DNA of 60,246 bases, filler included, from Sphacelaria rigidula (taxonomy: Eukaryota), in NCBI GenBank assembly GCA_964200075.2. It is 9 parts of 9 records of this genome, joined end to end, with 100 filler letters (N's around TTAATTAATTAA, not from the genome) between each part and the next. Parts side by side here need not be neighbours in the genome. Positions count along the whole stretch, not along the records: positions 46,938 to 53,542 come from CAXNAA020019108.1; positions 53,643 to 60,246 come from CAXNAA020019109.1; 7 more parts are not named here. One strand, written 5' to 3'. This document shows, one piece after another, positions 51,508-60,246 of this stretch. The translations under genes and the position numbers were made by a program. The notes under the pieces were generated by a model. It made no database searches and was not told the DNA's origin. It was given only the letters and a program-made list of their open reading frames with translations. Each line of letters starts with the position of its first letter. The first letter of the stretch is position 1.

Positions 51508-52226
51508 CACACGTCGGACGAGCACGAGTTTGACTCGTGGCACTCGCACTCGTTGGGCTGTTCGTTGGCCGTACAAATCAATAGGGCGAGTACTCGAGTC
51601 ATTGCTCGTTTTGGAGAAAAATATTAGGGCGAGCACTCGAGTCATTGCTCGTTGTGGAGAAAAGCCAATACGGCGAGCACTCGAGTCATTGCTTGTTGTG
51701 GAAAAAATTAACTCCTTGGGGACCGGGCCTCCAGAGCGACCAATGAGGCTGGTTAGGTATGGCGTGTCTGGCGTATGCACGGAACAGTGGCATGTTGCTG
51801 AAAATCCGCGTATGTAACCGCAGGGTTATGAGAAAGAGTGAAATTGTCATCCAATCTATTTTCAGGTGCAGGGTGCGCATTAGGTAATGTAGATCTGATG
51901 TAGTAAGCAGTATGTGTCGCCGTCGAGAGCTTTGAAGAGGATGTCGCCTCGCCATGATTGGGCAGGTCGCTCCCTGACTTATTTTTTATCGTTCCACTAA
52001 CACATGGTCAACCCCGTGTTAGGGGGGGGTCGGTCCAAAAGGGTTAATAAGGCGAGAACTCGAGTCATTGGTCGTTGTGGGAAAACATATAATGGGGCGA
52101 GCACTCGAGTCATTGCTCGTTGTGAAAAAAAGTGACGACTCGAGCACACAAGTCATGCTCGTTGTATTTTCAAAAAACATCCACGAATGCACTCGTTTCG
52201 ACGAGTAATGACTCGTCCGACGTGTG
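51508..52226. mobile_element. Non-autonomous DNA element with perfect 15-bp TIR and 8-bp TSD (hAT/P-like)
   Basis: TIR CACACGTCGGACGAG pairs with CTCGTCCGACGTGTG. Flanks are GAAACCTT and GAAAACTT. There are five internal ~43-bp units GGCGAGCACTCGAGTCATTGCTCGTTGTGG. Confidence 0.82.
51712..52043. mobile_element. piggyBac-like MITE with TTAA TSD
   Basis: TTAA (51708-51711) CTCCTTGGGGACCG ... CGGTCCAAAAGGG TTAA (52044-52047). Removing it restores the periodicity of the host's ~43-bp units. Confidence 0.75.
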
Positions 52227-52949
52227 GAAAACTTGCAGCACTGCCGGGTATACCTGGTGTGGAAGTCTTTCAGAACCTACATAACCTGTCCGTTACGGTA
52301 TGCAGATTGTACAGAAACCTCCACCCCCAACCGGCTATTCATATATTCCCACAAGGGTATACCCGTACCCCGGGTTATGGTAAACATTTCGGACAGACTG
52401 TACCGAACTGTGGGGTACCGGTATGGGAGGCTCACAGAATTCACGGAATTGTCGAGTGCCGAAATGAGAGGCTTGCATAACTCACAAAACTGTCGGGTAC
52501 GGGTAGTAGCCGGGTACATACCCTAATATACAAAAAATCGTACCCTACAGAACGCAGCCTTGGACATTTACCTCCTGCACAGACAGTACGGTACCATACT
52601 GTACGGTCTTCCAAACGTTATATCCCAACAACATGATGCGTGCTTCTTCCACGGGACTGTTGGTCGGGAATATTGTACCGAAACGAGGCCCGACGCTCAA
52701 CGGATTGACTTTTTGGGAGTCTGTAGCTTGGTTCTTGAATGCGGCTCCATTGGGGTTGAGTTAGCATATATTCTTTCCCAGCTTCGATTTTTGAAAGCTG
52801 CGTGTGCAGTAAGAAACGGTATCTCGACGCCTGCTCTGCTGTTTACAGAATGACTGTGGCCTCTATCGTCGACGCCCGGCCGCTGACCAACGTTGGCATA
52901 CATACATACGCTTGTTCTCGCCCCCGTCCCGCCGTTCTCCTCTTTACAG

Positions 52950-53116
52950 GCGAAATTGTTTTCCCAGGTGTCCACGCTATTGCGGGGCGCGGGCAGCTTC
53001 TGGGCTGGAGTGTGGCGTGGCGTCGTGGGCATGCCTGTACTGTTCTCGAACCTGCGGTGGGTTTCCCGGTTGAAGACGTGCTTTTCCGACCCCATGTCGG
53101 TTGCGCAACGGCCAAT
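52950..53116 (+). CDS. Probable second coding exon (AKLFSQVSTLLRGAGSFWAGVWRGVVGMPVLFSNLRWVSRLKTCFSDPMSVAQRP..)
   Basis: Polypyrimidine acceptor TTCTCCTCTTTACAG|, donor AT|GTGAGT, GC-rich, open in phase 0 and compatible with exon 50926-51042. Confidence 0.55.
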
Positions 53117-53782
53117 GTGAGTCATATGTCACCGGGGATGCTTCGGGGCTTGAATTTTCTGTAGAAAGAGCGCCGCGGCAGAGAGTCTCAGAACACGTCG
53201 CAGTCGAAGAATTGAGGCACAGACTCGAAAGCGCGAACCGAGTTCGGTATGCCTTGAGTCTTCTATCACGATCCTTGCTTGTAAGCATGTACTGTAGTAG
53301 TTTCCAGCTGCAACAGGGGATTTAACAGCCGATCATCAAAATTGAGGATGGAACTTTTCATTGAGGATGATGACCCAGAAAATGAAAATCTTCGCATCTA
53401 CACCAATTCTTCGAGATATGGTTATATTTTTTCATGTGCTGGTTGCTATTGACAACTTCTACACACCATGAGAATTTGGATTCCGATGGTCGAAATTTGG
53501 GGGTCCTATTGCAGGTGAGAAACTAGTTCTTGGGAATTCAGGNNNNNNNNNNNNNNNNNNNNNNNNNNNNNNNNNNNNNNNNNNNNTTAATTAATTAANN
53601 NNNNNNNNNNNNNNNNNNNNNNNNNNNNNNNNNNNNNNNNNNCGCTTACGCAGTGAGTGGCGTGTTTTATAGCGTCATCGCCAACCGACGCCAACCCGAT
53701 CGGGGGTCCGCCCCTACAAAGCCGGGACGGAGCACGCCGGGTTCGCGCCAGGCCAGGCTAAAAGAGGTTAAAGAGGGGGGGG

Positions 53783-56700
53783 AGAGCGTACTCATTCGTT
53801 GCTTGCCTTCGTCGTTTGACCGTTGACCACGCATCACTTTCGAGGCTGAGCATCGTTCTTATTCTTATTGAAGACACTTCCAACATTTTGGCGTTCATGA
53901 CGTTTCTCTCATGCACTACACAAAAACCTCTCACACATCTTATCTCCTTCCTGATTCGCCGTCTGTGGCCACCATCTATCTCCTAGTACAGTATTCGTTT
54001 TCTCGCTACCGTGCAATGTATCAGACGATTCCAAGTCACCTTTTTTTACTCTCCACATCTCCCCCTCCAACACGTCTCGTTCCTCCTTGTGTAATTCACA
54101 TTCTATCACTATGTGAGTTCTATTTTCTATTGTTTTTGTCACAGGAGCAACTCTGGGCATCTGCTTCCCTATCCCATCGAAAACTGGAATACCTGTTCCT
54201 TCTTCCTGGCTGGTCCAGGTCCCCCACCCAAACTCGCACCATCAATTTTTCGCCGACTCCGTTGGGCCATGCTGATATGTTTTTATCCCGATCACATCTC
54301 GCAACCCCCGTACATCTTCAGGTGTTCTTCCTCGTCTACTTTCCGTCTTAGCGCTCCTCATCCCTTATTACTATCGTGTCTCTCACTTTCGTCTTGTACC
54401 CGCCACATTTACCTACGGACAGCGTATCGTCTTGATTTCCTCTCATGTCCTTCCATACTTTCTCGACTACTATCCCACCTTATTCCAGCCTGACTTTTCG
54501 TCATTTTCTTCAATACGGCCCTATCAACTGTGGCTGGCGATCTCTTTTTGGGCATGCTCCCCACTTTATATTGCCATATCAGTTTTCTCGTGTCTCTATT
54601 TTGAATAGGTACATTCTCAACTCTGCTCTCAATGCTGTACTACTCGTCGCTTCCGAACATCCAAGTATTTTCTTAGCCTCAGTCACCTGTACTGTTTCCA
54701 GCTTCGTCACCGACTTCGCGCTCCCCTTTCATACTTCTCCGGCATATTCCAGCCTTTGGCACAATCATATTAATCAGAATGCATATCTTTTTCCTAGTAT
54801 CTAGGTGCAAATCTCTTAGGGTCTTGCCCATTGCCGATCTGTGTCTTGCCCTCTTTGATTGCTTCACATGTGCATCCCAACAACAGTTGTTTTAGCTTCC
54901 TACGCCAAGGTATGTATACTGATCCACCATCGGCAGTTCTTCGTCTCCCCACTTCCATTTGAATCTACCGGTTTCCCTTATCTTCGTTGCAAACAAGTAA
55001 CGCGCATTTGTTTACATTCGCTGTCGCTCTCCATTTCCTAGCGCGTTCTAGCGCTATCTCTGTTTGTTTCTACATTCTTTTCGGTGTTTCTGATAACCCC
55101 ACGAAATCATCCGCGAACATCAATCCTGATATCGTGATTTCATCCACCTTGACTCCTTGGTTTGCTGCTCCTATTATTGCTGTTATCACGTCATTGATAA
55201 ATAATTTGAATGCAATGGGTTATACCCTCCACACCTATGCAACTTCTTGTGAAATATCAAAATCTTTCGATATCCCCCCACCTAGTATCATGGCACTTTC
55301 GGCACATTGTGTCATCTTCTTCACCATTCTCCACATGTTTCCCCTGTTATCATCTTCCCATAACCTTTTCCGCAGCTCATTTCTCCATACTGCGTCATAG
55401 GTCTTTTGTACATCTAGAGAGAAACAATACGTTGTCAGCCCGGCGTTTTTCCTACGCTGAGTACTCTTACCTAATGTGTACACATGATCTACACAACTAC
55501 GGTGTGGTCTAAAACGTGCTTACCCTTCGCTGAGATTTTCTCCGTTCCTTAGCATCGTTCCCACCCTGTTATTCAGGATCTTACAGAATGCTTTCCCTAC
55601 GGTGCTCAGTAGCGCCCCCCCTCTGTAATTCTCCGGGTAAGCCTTCTCTCTTTTCTTGAAAAGATTTACAACTACTCCTTCTCTCCACCTCTTGGGTGCG
55701 CAATCATTTTTCCACATCCAATCATACGGCATAACCATCATGGTAATCATTCCCTCTCCCCCGTACGTAAGGAACTAATTCACTATTTCGTCTGCCTCTG
55801 CTGTCTTTCTCTTCTTGAGTTAGCTACACATTTCTTTACTTCACCTCTGGTGAACTCTATCTGGAATTCTTTGGAGACACTGTCCCCCCGATTAGATGCC
55901 CCTACATTTTCCTCTGCCCACACGTTGATTTCTTTCTCGAATTCCTTGTCAAAACTCTCGATAGCTTTTGGTGTTCCTAGTTGACGGTTCTGTTCTACTA
56001 GTGCTTCTCTCTTCCCAATCGAACTACTAACCATTTCACCGTTCAGTAGCTATCCCCTTGTCTGTCTCCCCTGTTTGCTCATTGTCCCTTTCATCTCTAC
56101 CCACATTTGCTTCATCCCGTCATCTCTACCCACATTTGTGTCATGAACTGCATCTTCCCACATTCTTTTCTTTTTCTTCTCTACTACACTTTTTACTTGC
56201 TTTCGAGCTCTAGTATACTCCCCCATCTTACCATAGTTTTACTGGATATATATCTTGAGTGTGCCTCTCTCCTTACTTTCATAGCCCCTTGTACTTCCTC
56301 ATCCCACCATTTTATCGTTCTGTTACATACGATCAGTTTTTTTCCCATGACCTTACTTGCTGTAGTCTTGACCAATTGGTCCCATCTTTCTTCGTCCTGC
56401 CCAATCCCTTTCCATTTCGGTATTCACTGCACCTACTCTTCCCAACAACTCGAAAATTTCTTCTGCATTCTTGGCCACCTCTTCTTAGAAGTCTTACCGT
56501 TCTCTCGTGTTTTTAGCTCATCTATTCTCCATTTGTACGGCTTCTTAACCCGCCTATTTCTGATAGCTCTCGTCTGTTGGTGGTCCATAATAGGTGATGA
56601 TCTCTAGTTCCCACGTCTTCTGCGCATACATTTACTTTCATTCCTCACTTTTTCCACTCTTACCATTATATAGTCAAGAACGAAGCTTTATGTCTTTTTG

Positions 56701-58430
56701 CCTTTGCATTGTGTAGTCCATGTATATTGCGTCTCTCGCTTTTGTGCTCCATCGTTCAGCGCCTTCATCTCGCTATTCTCACGGAGCTTCAGCGTATCTA
56801 CTTCATTCGTATTCTTCTTTTCTTCCCCGTATTGGCGAATGATATCATTCGGTTGACTACTTTTCCAACTCTTGCATCAAAATCTCCCACGAATATTGCT
56901 CCTTCTTGCCCTTTATACTTCTGTACTTCTGCTGCTATCTCTCCAATCTCCTCTGTATATCGTTGTGCCGTACTCTTCGATTCCGAGGGCATCTAGATGT
57001 TCCGCTCTCCTGCTACCCTTATCCATCTACTCTCGTCGATTTTTGTGTCTTTGATCACTTCTATGATGTCACACAGGTATCTTGACGCAGAATCCTACTT
57101 CCCTCGCTCTCTTGTTCTTGGGCTTCTGTCCTTTCCACTTTTTCCCTATCCATGCGTACTCTTTAACTTCGCATCCTCTATCCACTCCCTCTTTCTCCCA
57201 CGACTCTTGGATTCCCACTTTATCTAGGTCGCAGTTACTTACTTGTTTGGCTATCTCTATTATTTTGCACTCGTCTGTGGCGAATCCACACACGTTCCAC
57301 GACCCTATTCTCAACTTCCTTCCCGAATCATTATCCACTCTCTTTGTGTCTATCGTTCTCAATCCGTCCTTTTTACTCCTATTTTTCCGTGCTTAAATTT
57401 TGTTCCCGTTTCCGTTTCGGTCTTTGTCTGTTTTCTTTGGGCCGCTACTTCCCCCTCCCTTCACCTTCCGGGCTTTTGCTCGTTCCTGATTCCCCCTCCC
57501 TCCCTCTACCCGCGGACTACGTCTTAGGTTTGCCATTCCGTCGGCTCTGCACACTCTCCATCCTGTCCTTGTTACCTATGCCGACACCTTACTTGTCTCT
57601 ATCCTTCCCCACTCTTTGCTCGCGCCCTGTTTTAGCAAGACTCGGAAGTGTTCTCCCTCACCCTCTACTCTCTACTTTTTCTCTTGTCGAACAGTATAAT
57701 CCTACTTCATTGCATTTCCTTTTCAACTCTACCCTCGTCATATCGCTAGGTACTCCAAATACCACCGCTACTAGTACTTTACCCGTTCACTCCATGGTTT
57801 CTCCATCCACCCTTCCTTACCGTCTCTGTCCCTCGATCTCTCGAGAGAGTATCTTCACCTTGTTCGTTTTAAGCATTGTGGTGGGATATGGTCCAGGCAC
57901 TGGGATATCCCAATCCTAGTACTTGTTTGGTGTCTGGTGCCCTTCAGTTCTTTCGCTGGCTCACCGACACTAAATAGTGCCTCCAACACGGGCTTGTAGC
58001 CTGAAGCTAAGTTCAACACCCTTGACACAAGTACCTCACATTTGTGCCAGGCGATCTGCATGGTAAATCATTTAGACTTCCCACGGTCGATTAGTCTAAC
58101 TTCTTGGCCAACTGCTGTACGACTCACTTTCTTCCCGGGAGGTCATTTTCACCGTGTACGGTTCAAGGACGGCTTGCATGATACAAGATCTTACTCACAC
58201 ATCGGGACGTCCCGTACATCATCACTTCCTCCCACCCCACGTACGGTCCACCATGGATTGCTACTCCAATAATGCTCCCGAGTAGATCTTCGCTGCAGAA
58301 AGCTTGGCCAACGATTCTCTCACACCTTGCACCGCTTCTACCCTTCAAGATCTCAATGTGTCTTCGTACCGCTTGGTGCTCCTTCTCGTTGGTCATGTGG
58401 CCGGTCATTGGTAAGGTGTTTGTTTCATGA
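53783..58430 (-). mobile_element. Near full-length decayed LINE (ORF1-like region + APE + RT + C-terminal Cys/His motif)
   Basis: APE motifs: LRIGSWNVCG...GIQES (57069-57362) and VGDFDARVGK (56798-56992). RT motifs: ENYRGGALLSTVGKAF (55520-55750), LDVQKTYDAVW (55235-55483) and LMFADDF (55103-55123). C-terminal RTHIVIECELH (53909-54160). The 3' UTR ends at a G8 run (53775-53782). The 5' boundary is approximate. Confidence 0.93.
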
Positions 58431-58849
58431 GTGCAGTAGATCTTGACGTTTATGTAATGGATTATCCACTATTTCCCTTCATTTGACGCCTGTACACTCA
58501 ATGTCGGGAGTTTTAGACTAACCAAATGTCCACCGCCCACTGGAAATCGGTAAAGGTTTCCGGGTATTTTACCACGATACCCAACCTTCGGGTGGATTTA
58601 AGATGTCGGAATGGCCCTATCTATTCCATCCGTATCTCCCATATCTTTTAGACTTTCGATTAGCATGTAGGGTGGTCAACCTTCAAGCATATCATGTCTG
58701 GGTTTAATTTTGTTCATGCCTCGCCTTTAATACGACATGGGGAGGGGACAATGTCGATTTTTTCCCGTCATGATAAAGGGTAATAAAAATGTTTTTCCCC
58801 GCTCTTTCATGCCCGACTGTGTTCTGGTTGATGCAAATAATAAGATATT

Positions 58850-59885
58850 TAGCTTCGTTATTCCGTGCTTATGTTTAGGCTGTGCTCTGAAAGGTTAAAG
58901 AAAACATTGTGATCAGTTTTTCTCTTCAATGTCCGTCTGTGCCATGTTATGGTAGGTAGAACAAAAAAAAACAAGAAGTGGTTAGCTTCGTCCTTCAATG
59001 ACTATACCCGGACTGTGTTGTGGTAGCTTGAAGATAAAATGGTGAGCTTCGTTATGCCATGTCTATATCCGGGCTTCGTTGTGATAGTTTAAAGGAAAAC
59101 ATGGTAAGCTTCGCCATTTCATGTCTATGTCCGGGCTGTGCTGTGATAGGTTGAAAAAAAAATGGTCAGCTTCTTCATTTCATGTCTATGTCGGGGCTGC
59201 GTTATCGTAGGTTGACTAAAAAAAGGCGTTAGTTTCGTCATTGCATGTCTGTGTCTGGGCTGTCATTCCATGTCTATGTCCGAGCTGTGTTATGGTAGGT
59301 TGAAGACAAAAAATGGTGAGCTTCGTCCTTTCACGTCCATATCCGGGCTGTGTTCTGATAGGTTAAAGAAACAAATTATGTCCGGCCTGTTCTGTGATAG
59401 GTTGAAGGGAAAAAATGGTTAGCTTCGTCATTTTATGTCTATGTCCGGGCTGTTTGTGGTAGGTTGACTAAAAAAAGGCGTTAGTTCCGTCATTTCATGT
59501 CTGTGTCTGGGCTGTCATTTCATGTTCATGTCCGGGTTGTGTGATGGTAGATTGAAGACAAAGAAGTGATTAGCTTCGTCATTCCATGTCTATGTCCGGG
59601 CTGTGTTCTGATAGGTTAAACAAAGAAGTGATCAGCTTCGTCATTTCATGTCTATGTCCGAGCTGTGTTATGGTACGTTTAATAAGAAAATGGTTAGCTA
59701 TGTTTTTTCATGTCTATATCCAGGCTGTGTTTTGTTAGGTTGAATAAAAGCATCGTTAGTTTCGTCATTTCCTCTCTATGTCCAAGCGGCATTCTGGTAG
59801 GTCAAAGAAAAAGTGGTTAGCTTCGTTATGTGATGTCTAAGCTTAGGCTGTGCTATGGTATCTTAAAGAACAAGCATGGTTATGT
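58850..59885 (+). repeat. Tandem array, ~58-bp unit, roughly 17 diverged copies
   Basis: Approximate consensus AGCTTCGTCATTTCATGTCTATGTCCGGGCTGTGTTATGGTAGGTTGAAGAAAAAATGGTT. A higher-order block is duplicated (GACTAAAAAAAGGCGTTAG...GTGTCTGGGCTGTCATT at ~59215 and ~59466). Confidence 0.92.
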
Positions 59886-59961
59886 TCAGAAAGCGAATAG
59901 CTTACCCATTGAACCAGTGGCCGCTCACTGGTTCAATGGGTAAGCTGTTCGCTTCCTGAAC
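59884..59961. other. 36-bp-stem hairpin/inverted repeat
   Basis: GTTCAGAAAGCGAATAGCTTACCCATTGAACCAGTG-GCCGCT-CACTGGTTCAATGGGTAAGCTGTTCGCTTCCTGAAC; two DNA mismatches (one is a U-G wobble in plus-strand RNA). Confidence 0.9.
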
Positions 59962-60006
59962 AAAAGATATTCTGTGTGGCCCGTCCCGGTATGACACATC
60001 AGTGAT

Positions 60007-60160
60007 CTACGGGGCCCTGATTACGCGAGCTTTGCAGTCTCGAACCCTGTGTGACAGACCATATCGAAAGCATTCCAGTGGCCTCCTGCCTACTTTTTCA
60101 GCTTTCGCAGAATTACGTGCGTCATCATCAGGTTTTGGCTTCCTTGCTTTACCCTTATCC
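60007..60160 (-). pseudogene. Retrotransposon gag fragment with degenerate zinc knuckle
   Basis: RPLECFRYGLSHRVRDCKAR fits C-X2-(C>Y)-X3-H-X4-C after a basic/Gly-rich linker. Confidence 0.6.
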
Positions 60161-60246
60161 CCCCCCCCCCCCCCCCCCTCCCCCCCCCCGGGGTGGGGGG
60201 CGCCGCGGGTGGGCAACGGAAAAACGCCCCCCACCCACCAACCCGA

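Larger units (their letters stand above)
51452..52556. mobile_element. GGGTA/TACCC-rich MITE (outer layer of a nested cluster)
   Basis: GTGTTCTACGGGGTATG pairs with CGTACCCTACAGAACGC. A related fragment in the opposite orientation lies at ~51110-51332. Confidence 0.55.

Noticed and set aside
51584..52125. CRISPR-like repeats GGCGAGCACTCGAGTCATTGCTCGTTG
   Set aside because: The spacers are short A-rich variants, and the repeats are internal to a TIR element.
53165..53246. Third exon of the 50926 gene
   Set aside because: The frame is compatible, but it requires a 48-nt intron and has a weaker acceptor; not supportable without transcripts.
6607..53642. Regular 6.7-kb periodicity with a PacI-like palindrome as a biological repeat
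   Set aside because: It is embedded in fixed N runs and is an assembly linker.
58850..59885. CRISPR array
   Set aside because: Units are similar along their whole length with no unique spacers, there are no cas genes, and the context is eukaryotic.

Overview
This is not one contiguous locus. It is nine unrelated eukaryotic contigs of almost identical length (6,604-6,606 bp) joined by an artificial 100-bp linker (44 N + TTAATTAATTAA + 44 N). The DNA is repeat-dominated and its style suggests a stramenopile or brown alga (inference only). It holds two decayed APE+RT LINE copies, a non-autonomous SINE-like partner sharing the LINE 3' tail, a tRNA-derived SINE, Ty3/gypsy relics, many MITEs (TA, TTAA and 8-bp TSD types, some nested), a ~58-bp tandem array, two probable exons of a host gene, and a ~5-kb unidentified decayed coding region. 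The most striking signal is that the LINE and its SINE-like partner end in a C-tract rather than poly(A). Five short insertions are flanked by 12-20 bp target-site duplications that begin with a C-run, suggesting a G:C counterpart of L1-type poly(A)/TTTT target-primed reverse transcription. No intact full-length protein-coding gene, rRNA or CRISPR array was found. Most entries in the ORF track appear spurious.
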